Counted from the first letter of the stretch, positions 9,219-18,131 are shown. The stretch is 27,992 nucleotides of DNA from an uncultured Eubacteriales bacterium (GCA_964394885.1 CAYMZO010000001.1:1-27992); one strand, 5' to 3'. Notes: a model not told the origin generated them from the letters alone. Translations and numbers: made by a program.

Positions 9219-9899
9219 TTATATTTTTTCAATTATCTTTATCAAAACTTCGGTAAGTGAATCTTCACACTTTTGATTCATCTCCCTGTAAGCTGTAACA
9301 GATTCATCTTCAGCATCGTCTGATATTTTTCTGACTGATAAAAATGGAATCTGATACTTTTTACAAACAGCTGCAATAGCTGCCGTTTCCATATCAAAAG
9401 CATTAATCTTAAACGTATTTTTGTACTCTTCCTTTTTATCCTTATCCGAAAGGAAGAAGTCCCCTGTTCCAAGCTTTGCTTTCTTTACTCCATCTATTGA
9501 AACTGCAGCGTTCAACAAGATTTCATCAGCTATGTACAAATAATCACCCGACGGTTTATGTCCTACTTCATATCCAAATGCTCTGAGGTCAAAATCGCAT
9601 TCAACATAGCTCTCTCCTGCCACAATATCCTCTCTTAAAAGTCCACTTACAGCTCCTGAAAGTCCTGCATTTAGAATGATTTCCGCATTGCATTCTTCTT
9701 TTAAAAAGCACGTTGCCATTGCAGCGTTAACCTTTCCTATTCCGCATTCGATGGCATAAACCTTATGCTCTCCTATGTCCATTGTTATTTTGTTACAACC
9801 ACAAAGCTTACTTTCAACTCCGCCGTTTTCACTTGCATATTCGCAAAAAGGCTTATATTCCATATCGTCAGCAAAAATTATTCCAATATTCTTTTTCAC
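9219..9899 (-). CDS. mtnN: 5'-methylthioadenosine/S-adenosylhomocysteine nucleosidase
   Basis: GIGKVNAA, NAGLSG, DMETAAIA, VRKISD motifs of the PNP/MTA-SAH nucleosidase family. GTG start with GAGGGA RBS. Confidence 0.88.
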   Translation of the reverse strand: MKKNIGIIFADDMEYKPFCEYASENGGVESKLCGCNKITMDIGEHKVYAIECGIGKVNAAMATCFLKEECNAEIILNAGLSGAVSGLLREDIVAGESYVECDFDLRAFGYEVGHKPSGDYLYIADEILLNAAVSIDGVKKAKLGTGDFFLSDKDKKEEYKNTFKINAFDMETAAIAAVCKKYQIPFLSVRKISDDAEDESVTAYREMNQKCEDSLTEVLIKIIEKI

Positions 9900-9927
9900 G
9901 TTTATCCCTCACTTTTTATTGACTTTG

Positions 9928-9956
9928 ATTATACTAAAAGCGAAATAACCTGTCAA
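9928..9956 (-). promoter_or_regulatory. Consensus sigmaA promoter for mtnN
   Basis: Minus strand TTGACA (9956-9951), 17 nt, TATAAT (9933-9928): a perfect consensus. Confidence 0.85.
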
Positions 9957-10113
9957 ACTCAAAAAAGCGTATATGGATTTAATTTTTGCGTTGTGTCCTT
10001 TAAACAATGACAAGCATAATATAAAAACGGGGCGACAATAAGCAGTTGTATAACGTAAGTAACGGTTATGCCGTTCACAGGGGAGCTTGCGTTGTTTTGC
10101 GCTGCATTATATA

Positions 10114-10147
10114 GTGTCGAAATGCATCTTTTGATGTGTTTCGACAC
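10114..10147. promoter_or_regulatory. 15-bp inverted repeat carrying two perfect Spo0A-box heptamers
   Basis: GTGTCGAAATGCATC-TTTT-GATGTGTTTCGACAC. TGTCGAA at 10115-10121 and TTCGACA at 10140-10146. Confidence 0.5.
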
Positions 10148-10216
10148 ACCCCTTGCATTTTCTGTATAAAATTTAAGTCTTTCCACCTTTTTTCTCTTTA
10201 TTTTAGCATTAAAATA

Positions 10217-10225
10217 TGATATACT
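10217..10225 (+). promoter_or_regulatory. Extended -10 promoter element for zapA-U32-dut
   Basis: TG-A-TATACT; no good -35. Confidence 0.45.
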
Positions 10226-10319
10226 ACTACCTGTGTAAATGTTTGCAGGCATTACCTGCCGAAGCCTTGATTAATCTTGGTGGAGTTTAATTTTTAACCA
10301 TAATAAGGTGGGGATTTTA

Positions 10320-10682
10320 ATGGATAAGACAAAGGTAAAACTTAGTATTTGTGGTAACGACTATTTTATCTTTACAGATGATGATCCAAAATATGTAACA
10401 GAACTCGGCAACGAACTTGATGACAGAATTTCTAAGCTGTTAAATGAAAATTCAAGAATTTCTATAACTCAGGCAGCAATACTCGCAGCCCTTGAGTATG
10501 CTGATTCTGCAAAAAAAGCTGTTGACAGTGCGGACAACCTTCGTAACCAGATAAAAGAATATCTTGAGGATTCTGCTCGATACAAAATGGAGGCAGAGGT
10601 TGCAAGGCGTGATATTGAGCGTCTTAACCGTGAGCTTCAATCATTGCGTACAAAGCAATCCGGTAATTTAGCGAGTTTTTAA
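10320..10682 (+). CDS. zapA: Cell division protein ZapA
   Basis: KVKLSICGNDYFI..DDD..Y..EL...LD.RI, AAILAAL..AD, C-terminal coiled coil. ATG 10320 is preferred over GTG 10308 because of the AAGGTGGG RBS. Confidence 0.85.
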   Translation: MDKTKVKLSICGNDYFIFTDDDPKYVTELGNELDDRISKLLNENSRISITQAAILAALEYADSAKKAVDSADNLRNQIKEYLEDSARYKMEAEVARRDIERLNRELQSLRTKQSGNLASF

Positions 10683-10683
10683 T

Positions 10684-12738
10684 ATGAATAATTTTGAAAT
10701 TTTGGCACCCGTCGGTGGTGAAGAATCCTTAGTTGCAGCTGTACGTAGCGGTACTGACGCAGTCTATCTCGGCTCTCAGGTTCTTAACGCAAGACGAAAC
10801 GCCCAAAACTTTTCCTTTGACGAACTTAGCAAGGCGGTTTCTTATTGCCACGCAAGAGGAGTTAAGGTTTATATCACTCTAAATACCATCGTTTCAGACG
10901 ATGAACTTAATACTGCATTGGATTTAATTGAATGCGGCTGTGCCATTGGTGCAGACGCATTTATTATACAAGACCTGGGCATTTTAAAGCTTGTAAAGGA
11001 CACTGCTCCTCAAATGCCCTTGTTTTCTTCTACCCAAATGTCTGTTCAGACAAGTTATGGTGTAGAGTTGCTCGAACAGCTCGGTTTTAAAAGGGCTATT
11101 CTTCCTCGAGAAATGACTTTTACAGAGATTGAAAATATTTGCAAAAAATCCAACATTGATATTGAAACCTTTGTCCACGGAGCACTTTGTATGTGTGTTT
11201 CAGGGCAATGTTATCTCAGTGCTATGCTTGGCGGAAGAAGTGGCAACCGTGGGCTTTGTGCTCAACCCTGTCGTCTGCCGTTTGCAATGGAAGGTGGAAC
11301 CGGACACGACTTAAGCTTAAAGGACTTATCTATCATTGAGGACATTCCAAGGCTTGCAAAAGCAGGTGTTACTTCGTTTAAAATCGAGGGCAGAATGAAA
11401 CGTCCCGAATATGTTGCCGCCGCAGTTACAGCTTGCAGGCAATCAATCAAGGGAGAGATTGACGAAAATCTCAAAAATGATTTAAGAGCAGTTTTTTCAC
11501 GTTCCGGATTTACACGAGGATATCTTGAAGGTAAGTTTGGAAAGGATATGTTTGGAACAAGGAAGAAAGAAGATGTTGTTGCAGCACCTGCTGCACTGTC
11601 CTCTCTTGCTTCATTATATAGAAGAGATATGCAAAAGCTTGATATTGACTTTGCCTTTAGCGCTATTCTTGGTGAGCCAATCAGTCTTTCTGCTGCGTGT
11701 TGCGGAATTCAAGTTTTTGAAGAGTCTGATTTTATTGCACAAAAGGCTCAAAATCGTGCAACAGAAAGTGAAAGTATAAAAACGCAACTTGAAAAATGCG
11801 GAGGAACACCATTTCTTCCAAACGATATTTTTATTGATATTGATGATGATTTGTATATACCATTATCAGCTGTAAATTCGCTTAGGAGAAGTGTTCTGGA
11901 AAAGCTTGAAAACGCTCTTTCAAAACCCGTACCAAAAGAATTCAATCGTAAACGTATAATATACAAAGAACATCAATCTACAAAGCTTAGTACTGTTCTT
12001 CGTTTTTCATCAATAAATCAAATTCCGGACGATTTAGGCAATGCTGAATGTATTATTGTTCCTGTTTTGTCCTCGGAAAATGAGCTTAAACAGCTTTGCA
12101 AAGAATGCAGTGTACCTGTTGGAGTTGAACTGCCACGAGGTATCTTTTCAACGCAAGACAAGGTTAAAGCTGCTCTTGAAAAGGCAATGCAAGCCGGTGC
12201 GACATTTGCTTACTGTTCAACACTTGACTCCATTGCAATTGCAAAAAGCGTAGGCATTAAAATAATGGGTGGATTTTCACTTAACGTATATAATTCAAGC
12301 TCATTGAGCGTTATTGAAAGCCTTGGTGTTGAAAGCTGCGTGCTTTCTCCGGAGCTTACATTACAGCAGGCTTCAGAAATTGGAGGTAACACAAAGCGAG
12401 GTCTTATTTCCTACGGCAGACTTCCGCTTATGTTAACAAGAAATTGCCCTGCCAAAAATGCAAGAGATTGCACAAAATGCGATAAGAACGCTTACCTTAC
12501 GGACAGGCTTGGGGTTCAATTCCCTATCGTTTGCTCAAACGGATTTAGCGAGCTTTTAAACTCAAGACCTATTTATATGGCAGAAAGATTATCTGAGCTT
12601 AAAAATATTGATTTTATGATATTGTATTTCACAAAGGAAAGCCCTGAAGAGTGCCTGCAAATAATAACTTCTTATTCAAACAAGGAAAAATATTTAGGCG
12701 AGCTTACAAGAGGTTTATATTACAGAGGAGTTGAATAG
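10684..12738 (+). CDS. Peptidase U32-family protein, long RlhA-like form (probable Fe-S RNA hydroxylation enzyme)
   Basis: EILAPVG, DAVYLG, RRNAQNF, STQMSV, Cys cluster HGALCMCVSGQC...NRGLCAQPCR, KIEGRMK, long C-terminal extension. The substrate (23S rRNA vs tRNA) cannot be determined from sequence alone. Confidence 0.85.
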   Translation: MNNFEILAPVGGEESLVAAVRSGTDAVYLGSQVLNARRNAQNFSFDELSKAVSYCHARGVKVYITLNTIVSDDELNTALDLIECGCAIGADAFIIQDLGILKLVKDTAPQMPLFSSTQMSVQTSYGVELLEQLGFKRAILPREMTFTEIENICKKSNIDIETFVHGALCMCVSGQCYLSAMLGGRSGNRGLCAQPCRLPFAMEGGTGHDLSLKDLSIIEDIPRLAKAGVTSFKIEGRMKRPEYVAAAVTACRQSIKGEIDENLKNDLRAVFSRSGFTRGYLEGKFGKDMFGTRKKEDVVAAPAALSSLASLYRRDMQKLDIDFAFSAILGEPISLSAACCGIQVFEESDFIAQKAQNRATESESIKTQLEKCGGTPFLPNDIFIDIDDDLYIPLSAVNSLRRSVLEKLENALSKPVPKEFNRKRIIYKEHQSTKLSTVLRFSSINQIPDDLGNAECIIVPVLSSENELKQLCKECSVPVGVELPRGIFSTQDKVKAALEKAMQAGATFAYCSTLDSIAIAKSVGIKIMGGFSLNVYNSSSLSVIESLGVESCVLSPELTLQQASEIGGNTKRGLISYGRLPLMLTRNCPAKNARDCTKCDKNAYLTDRLGVQFPIVCSNGFSELLNSRPIYMAERLSELKNIDFMILYFTKESPEECLQIITSYSNKEKYLGELTRGLYYRGVE

Positions 12739-12741
12739 ACT

Positions 12742-13179
12742 ATGACACTTAAAATTATGAAAACAAATGAGAATGCAATAGTGCCTAAAAGAGCAACGTC
12801 CGGCAGTGCCGGAATGGATTTATATGCCTGCATTGAAGAGTCTATTATAATTCCTGCTCGTGGACACGCAACAGTGCCAACAGGAATTGCCATATCTATT
12901 GAGCCACAATATGCAGCAATGATTTATGCTCGAAGCGGTCTTGCAATAAAGCACGGAATTGGTCTTTTAAACAGCGTTGGTGTTGTTGACAGCGATTATC
13001 GTGGAGAAATAAAGGTTGGTCTTGTAAATCAGTTTGACGAGGACTATGAAATTAAGCCAAACGAGAGAATTGCTCAACTTGTTATTCAGCCCGTTGAAGC
13101 ACCTGATATAATCGAATGTGATACGCTTGATGATACCAAACGTGGAGATGGCGGGTTTGGTTCTACCGGCAAACTATAA
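12742..13179 (+). CDS. dut: dUTP diphosphatase (trimeric dUTPase)
   Basis: All five motifs: AGMDL, ARSG, GVVDSDYRGE, RIAQLV, RGDGGFGSTG. Confidence 0.97.
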   Translation: MTLKIMKTNENAIVPKRATSGSAGMDLYACIEESIIIPARGHATVPTGIAISIEPQYAAMIYARSGLAIKHGIGLLNSVGVVDSDYRGEIKVGLVNQFDEDYEIKPNERIAQLVIQPVEAPDIIECDTLDDTKRGDGGFGSTGKL

Positions 13180-13200
13180 GAGAAATGAAAACAAAAAATC

Positions 13201-13229
13201 AAAGGCCGAAGCTTTATGCTCCGACCTTT
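13201..13229 (-). terminator. Terminator of the ABC/acyltransferase operon, overlapping the acyltransferase stop (may also act for dut)
   Basis: Minus strand AAAGGTCGGAGC-ATAAA-GCTTCGGCCTTT pairs fully with two G-U, followed by GATTTTTTGTTTT. On the plus strand those two positions are mismatches. Confidence 0.65.
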
Positions 13230-14230
13230 TTTATTTTTCTCATTATTAAAGATTCAATATATTGATAAACATATTCAAACAGCAATCCGCCAAAAAGGCT
13301 AACAAACAGATTAAGTAAAAATGCAAGTGCAAGATTTTCTATGTTTTTATCGGGGGCAAAGCTAAACCACATCATTTGCACCAAAAATATAAAATATGTA
13401 CTGCTTCCTATTTTATTTACAGCACGGTCAATAAACCGGGGCAATCTTTTAAAGCAATTCAGCCCCAAAAGAACCAATGTAAATGCCCATAAATTTGTTG
13501 GCATAGATGTACTTATCCAGCTGTTAAAAACTTGCAGTTCATAATCGGTATAGGAAATCAGATAAATATATAATGCACTCGGTATTGATAAAATATAAAA
13601 CCTTTTCAACTTGAGCTTTTCTTTATATCTAAATAAAACCATACCCAAAAGAATACATACTATATATCTTATTCCTACCACTCTGTAAATGTCTTCATCC
13701 ATCTCTGAAACGTTTTTTATTATCTCATATATAATTTCAACTAAAACTATTAATACACTTGATATGGCAGGGCTTTTGTTGAAAAGAACATACATAAACG
13801 GGAATATCAAATAAATTTGTATGAGTACTATTGGATAATACGAACCAGGTCCCATATTGTCATATCTGATAAGCTCAATTAAAAAAGGAATTGTGATATT
13901 TTCGTTATAATACGTTGCATATATTATTATCTCTGCAAGATATATAATCAGCAGTGGTAGCAATATATAGTTTATCCGCTTTAGCACTCCGCCACGTTTA
14001 AAATATTCTGATATTGATTTTATCTGTCTTTTTTGGCACGAAAGAGAATTCATATATCCTGTAATAATCATAAAAACAGGAACTGCCATATCAATAAAAT
14101 ACGGAAAAATAAAAAGTTCTCTATGCTCTGTTGTAAAATCACTATGCGTTATTATAACGGAAATAATGCCTATAAATTTTAAATAATCAAATTCCCAAAT
14201 CCGCCTACTGGCACTGTCGGTCATTTCCAC
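13214..14230 (-). CDS. Acyltransferase family 3 (OafA/OatA-like membrane O-acyltransferase domain)
   Basis: FDYLKFIGIISVIITHS, AVPVFMIITGY, GSYY, IGSSTYFIFLVQ and about 10 hydrophobic segments. The start may be ATG 14224. Confidence 0.8.
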   Translation of the reverse strand: MEMTDSASRRIWEFDYLKFIGIISVIITHSDFTTEHRELFIFPYFIDMAVPVFMIITGYMNSLSCQKRQIKSISEYFKRGGVLKRINYILLPLLIIYLAEIIIYATYYNENITIPFLIELIRYDNMGPGSYYPIVLIQIYLIFPFMYVLFNKSPAISSVLIVLVEIIYEIIKNVSEMDEDIYRVVGIRYIVCILLGMVLFRYKEKLKLKRFYILSIPSALYIYLISYTDYELQVFNSWISTSMPTNLWAFTLVLLGLNCFKRLPRFIDRAVNKIGSSTYFIFLVQMMWFSFAPDKNIENLALAFLLNLFVSLFGGLLFEYVYQYIESLIMRKIKKVGA

Positions 14231-14259
14231 TTACCCTTTCAATAATAAAATTGAAAACA

Positions 14260-15021
14260 TCAGTTATTAATCCTACTTAAAAAGCTTTTAAGCCTTTCCG
14301 ACTGAGGATTATTTATTACATCTTCAGATTTTCCCTGCTCTACTATTACTCCACCGTCCATAAAGATTATATAATCCGCTACTTCTTTTGCAAAGTTCAT
14401 TTCGTGGGTTACAATAACCATTGTCATTTTTTCCTCTGCAAGCTCACGGATAACCTTTAATATATCTCCTGTAAGTTCCGGGTCAAGTGCCGAAGTCGGC
14501 TCATCAAAAAAGAGTATTTCGGGATTAAGTGCCAAAGCTCTTGCGATTGCAACTCGCTGTTGCTGACCTCCGGAAAGCTGACACGGATAAGCATTCGGCT
14601 TGTCTTCAAGCCCCATCTTCTTTAAAAGCTCCATTGCCTTTTCTTCTGCTTGCTGTTTTTCCTGCTTTGCAATATGAATTGGAGCTTCTGTTATATTTCT
14701 CATAACTGAAAAATGTGGAAAAAGATTGAAATTTTGAAAAACCAAGCCAAAATATGAACGGATTTTTTTCAAAGTTTCCTTGTCTGAATACTCTGCTTTT
14801 CCGTTTTCATTTGTTTTCATCAAATAGTTATCCATATATTTTATTTCGCCTGCATCTGCCTTTTCAAGCATAGTTGCACAACGAAGCAGTGTGGACTTTC
14901 CCGAACCTGACGGGCCGATAATAGCAATTACCTGACCTTCTTCCACTGTCAACGAAATATCTTTTAGCACTTCATTTTCGTCAAATTGTTTCTTTAAATT
15001 ATTAATTTCAAGTACTTTCAA
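14260..15021 (-). CDS. Polar amino-acid ABC transporter ATP-binding protein
   Basis: Walker A GPSGSGKST, VFQNFNLFPH, LSGGQQQRVAIARAL, FDEPTSALDP, VTHEM. TTG start 15021 chosen from the GAGGTG RBS. Confidence 0.93.
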   Translation of the reverse strand: MKVLEINNLKKQFDENEVLKDISLTVEEGQVIAIIGPSGSGKSTLLRCATMLEKADAGEIKYMDNYLMKTNENGKAEYSDKETLKKIRSYFGLVFQNFNLFPHFSVMRNITEAPIHIAKQEKQQAEEKAMELLKKMGLEDKPNAYPCQLSGGQQQRVAIARALALNPEILFFDEPTSALDPELTGDILKVIRELAEEKMTMVIVTHEMNFAKEVADYIIFMDGGVIVEQGKSEDVINNPQSERLKSFLSRINN

Positions 15022-15031
15022 AACCCACACC

Positions 15032-15688
15032 TCACTTATTCTTATAATAGTTATACTTTCCTTCTATTTTTTCCATTATATAAGCAACAATGAAGTTGAA
15101 TATATAATAAAAAATTCCTGCGGCAAGGTACGGAACCATTGAGGTTTGAGCCGCTGCTATCTGCTTTGCAAGAGTAAACATCTCTGTAACGGCAATGGCA
15201 TAAGCAAGTGATGTATCTTTTACAAGAGTTATTACCTCATTTGTAATTGACGGCAATATTCTCTTTGTTACCTGCGGAAGTATTATTTTAAAGAAGGTTT
15301 GAGATTTATTAAATCCAAGGACTTCAGCAGCTTCATATTGACCTGATTCCATAGATTCAATTCCGCCTCTGTATATTTCAGCAAAGTATGCAGCGTAATT
15401 AATCACAAAAGCTATTACGGCTGCCGGAAATCTATATGTTGTCGAAAGGTTCATACCAAAAATAAAGTATGGCCCGAAATATACAACAAGGAGTTGGAGC
15501 ATAAGTGGTGTTCCACGCATTATTGAAATATAAATTTTTGTAATGCTTCTTACAACAACATTTTTAGACATTCTGCAAAAAGCCACTCCAAGTCCCAATG
15601 GCAATGACAAGACAAGTGTTAAGAGAAACAACTCAATAGTTGTTACCATTCCCATTGCAAGCTCTTGCATTATTGATAAAAAGCTCAT
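15032..15688 (-). CDS. Polar amino-acid ABC transporter permease
   Basis: RGTPLMLQL, YAAYFAEIYRGGI, GQYEAA..LG, LVKDTSLA. Start moved to ATG 15688 (AGAGGTGG RBS). Confidence 0.93.
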   Translation of the reverse strand: MSFLSIMQELAMGMVTTIELFLLTLVLSLPLGLGVAFCRMSKNVVVRSITKIYISIMRGTPLMLQLLVVYFGPYFIFGMNLSTTYRFPAAVIAFVINYAAYFAEIYRGGIESMESGQYEAAEVLGFNKSQTFFKIILPQVTKRILPSITNEVITLVKDTSLAYAIAVTEMFTLAKQIAAAQTSMVPYLAAGIFYYIFNFIVAYIMEKIEGKYNYYKNK

Positions 15689-15727
15689 TTTCCACCTCTG
15701 ATAATTTTGTGTCTTAAAATGCAAATT

Positions 15728-15752
15728 TGGGCGGACAATAATTATCCGCCCA
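15728..15752 (-). promoter_or_regulatory. Intercistronic GC-rich hairpin after the substrate-binding gene (mRNA stabiliser or partial terminator)
   Basis: TGGGCGGA / TCCGCCCA 8-bp stem between the SBP and permease genes, a common arrangement that allows higher SBP expression. Confidence 0.55.
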
Positions 15753-15776
15753 GAATAAACATTAATAATATTTATC

Positions 15777-16571
15777 TTATTCTGCTATGATTACGCTGTC
15801 TTGAAGTTTCCATTTTTCTGCGATTTTAAGGAATGTTCCATCCTTCATCATATCGTTCAAAGTAGTTTGAACCTGATCACGAAGTTCTGTATTTCCCTTT
15901 TTAAAGCCAATTCCATATTTTTCAGTTGCAAGCTGTTCGTCAAGAATTACAAACTTATCTCCACGGCTCTCAATTTGATACTCAGCAACTCCAACATCCA
16001 TTGCTATTGCATCAACTGAACCTGCCTCAAGATTTAAGAATGCGGTGTTGTACTCAGGAACAACATCAATCTTTTTAAAGCCTGATGAAAGTGCAACCAT
16101 TTTTTTGTCTTCTTTGTCTGCCAAAACGCTCTGAGCAGAAGAATCGGTTTGAACAACAACGGTCTTTCCTGCAAGGTCTGCAAGGGTCTTGATGCCGCTG
16201 TCCTTCTTAACAACGATTACCTGGCTATTGTCAACATAAGGGTCTGACCAGGTGTAATCATCTTCACGTACGTTAATTGTAAATCCGTTCCAAATGCAAT
16301 CAATTGTTCCAGAGCTAAGCTCCATATCTTTTGAGTCCCAATCAATTGGCTGAAGCTTGATTTCCCAACCATTTCTCTTTGCAACTTCCTTGGCAAGGTC
16401 AATGTCAAATCCAACATAATTGCCACTGTCATCCTTATATCCATAAGGTGGGAAACTTGCGTCAAATCCTACTGTAAATGTTTTATCCTCTTTTTTACAG
16501 CCAACGAAAAGCATTGTAAAAGACATAACAAGTGCTAAAACTAAAGCTGAAATTTTAAAAGTCTTCTTCAT
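15777..16571 (-). CDS. Polar amino-acid ABC transporter substrate-binding lipoprotein (SBP family 3)
   Basis: Signal peptide with lipobox LFVGC, VGFDASFPPYG, GFDIDLA, IDCIWNG, LADLAGK, YGIGFKKG. Confidence 0.92.
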   Translation of the reverse strand: MKKTFKISALVLALVMSFTMLFVGCKKEDKTFTVGFDASFPPYGYKDDSGNYVGFDIDLAKEVAKRNGWEIKLQPIDWDSKDMELSSGTIDCIWNGFTINVREDDYTWSDPYVDNSQVIVVKKDSGIKTLADLAGKTVVVQTDSSAQSVLADKEDKKMVALSSGFKKIDVVPEYNTAFLNLEAGSVDAIAMDVGVAEYQIESRGDKFVILDEQLATEKYGIGFKKGNTELRDQVQTTLNDMMKDGTFLKIAEKWKLQDSVIIAE

Positions 16572-16651
16572 AAAATTATCTCCTTAACTTATTTCTTCAC
16601 TATATTAACATATTAGCAAGCTAAAGTAAAGTGATATTTATTATAAAGTTA

Positions 16652-16688
16652 ACAGCAGAATACAAATATATTTTGTATTTACTGCTGT
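16652..16688 (-). terminator. Probable terminator after mgtE
   Basis: ACAGCAG-AATACAAA / TTTGTATT-(TA)-CTGCTGT: a 15-bp stem with a 2-nt bulge. The U tail is weak. Confidence 0.6.
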
Positions 16689-16718
16689 CATTCTTTTAAT
16701 ATTTAATTTTAAAAATCT

Positions 16719-18074
16719 TTAAAGTAAAAATACCTTTGCAAGGGCAAAGTAAATCAACAGAGTCAGAGCGTCAACAATCGTTGTTATCATAGGTCCCGCC
16801 ATAAGTGCAGGGTCAAGTTTTAATATTTTTGCAAGAATAGGCAATGTGCAACCGATTGATTTTGCAATTACGACTGCAAAGAAAAGTGCCATACAGGTTA
16901 CAAGATAAACCGATATTGTTCCGCCACTTCCACCGATAATCCACATTCTTCCAAAGTTTACGACTGCAAGTATAAGTCCACAGATAAGTCCAACTCTTAT
17001 TTCTTTAAACAGAACTTTTGGATAGTCTTTTATTTTAATTTCGCCAAGTGCAAGACCACGGATTATAAGCGTAGATGTTTGGTTTCCGGAGTTTCCGCCG
17101 GTGTCCATAAGCATCGGAATGGATGCTGTAAGACCAACCACAACCGCAAGCATACTTTCAAAGTTTTCTATTATTTTTCCGGTAAAGGTTGCAGAAATCA
17201 TAAGAATAAGCAACCAGACAATTCTGTTTTTTACGAGTTTAAATACAGGTGTTTTTAAATACTCATCATCAGACGGGTGCATTAACGCCATCTTTTCAAA
17301 GTCCTCTGTATTTTCCTCTTCGATTATGTCAACGATATCGTCAATGGTGATAATTCCGACCAGTCTGTTTTCGTTATCAACAACAGGAATACTCAGCAAG
17401 TCGTATTTTTTTGCAATGTCTGCAACATCTTCCTGGTCGTCAAGAGTACTTACGCAAATCACCTGGTCATCTGCATCCATTATATCGTGAATAAGTGCTG
17501 CGTCATTATTGAAAATCAAATCACTAAGTGAAACAGTGCCAATAAGGTGTCGACCATTATCAATACAGTATGCACTATATATCGTCTCTTTGTTAATACC
17601 CGTTGAACGTATTCTTGAAATAGCTTGAGCAACAGTTAATCTGTCGTGCAACTCAACCATTTCATTGGTCATAATGCTACCCGCTGAATTTTCGGGGTAA
17701 CTAAGGAACGTGTTTATCGCTTGCCTTTTTTTAGAATCGGCACTTGCAAGAACTCTCGTTACAACATTTGCCGGAACTTCTTCAAGAAAGTCGACAGCAT
17801 CATCCAAAAACAAATCTCCAACAAGAGAACCCAATTCATTATCTGTAATTGAACCTACAATGTCTGTTTGGCTCTCTGTTTCAAGATATGAAAAGACATC
17901 TGCTGAAATATCTTTTGGTAAAATTCTGAATACCCGTACAAGCTGTGGAGTGTCAAGCAGCTCCAAGAACTCTGCAATATCAACAACGTTCATTTCCGAA
18001 ATTTGCTTCTTTAAATTAGAAAAATCTCCTTTTTCAAGGAGATCAAAAAGAATTTCATAATTATTCTTTTCCAT
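16719..18074 (-). CDS. mgtE: Magnesium transporter MgtE
   Basis: Acidic N domain, AGSIMT, tandem CBS domains (KYDLLSIPVVD), TM motifs IPMLMDTGGNSGNQ and DPALMAGPMITTIVD. Confidence 0.95.
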   Translation of the reverse strand: MEKNNYEILFDLLEKGDFSNLKKQISEMNVVDIAEFLELLDTPQLVRVFRILPKDISADVFSYLETESQTDIVGSITDNELGSLVGDLFLDDAVDFLEEVPANVVTRVLASADSKKRQAINTFLSYPENSAGSIMTNEMVELHDRLTVAQAISRIRSTGINKETIYSAYCIDNGRHLIGTVSLSDLIFNNDAALIHDIMDADDQVICVSTLDDQEDVADIAKKYDLLSIPVVDNENRLVGIITIDDIVDIIEEENTEDFEKMALMHPSDDEYLKTPVFKLVKNRIVWLLILMISATFTGKIIENFESMLAVVVGLTASIPMLMDTGGNSGNQTSTLIIRGLALGEIKIKDYPKVLFKEIRVGLICGLILAVVNFGRMWIIGGSGGTISVYLVTCMALFFAVVIAKSIGCTLPILAKILKLDPALMAGPMITTIVDALTLLIYFALAKVFLL

Positions 18075-18081
18075 ACATAGA

Positions 18082-18111
18082 TCCCCCTCAAACGTACCGA
18101 AACAAGGGAGA
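18082..18111 (-). promoter_or_regulatory. Hairpin sequestering the mgtE Shine-Dalgarno sequence
   Basis: Minus strand TCTCCCTTG ... TGAGGGGGA: a 9-bp stem including three G-U pairs. The 3' arm is the mgtE RBS, 7 nt before the ATG. Confidence 0.55.
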
Positions 18112-18131
18112 CACTACTAAGCCGTTTGCTT

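Noticed and set aside
10185-10200. T-box-like AAAGGTGGAA on the minus strand
   Set aside because: It lacks the ACC(R)CG continuation, specifier stem and terminator, and no amino-acid gene follows.
9959-10252. 97-aa minus-strand ORF in the mtnN-zapA spacer
   Set aside because: No RBS, it overlaps the zapA promoter, and the composition is not protein-like or recognisable.
10015-10260. 6S RNA next to zapA (as in E. coli zapA-ssrS)
   Set aside because: I could not build the long rod with a central bubble on either strand, and the region is upstream of zapA rather than downstream.
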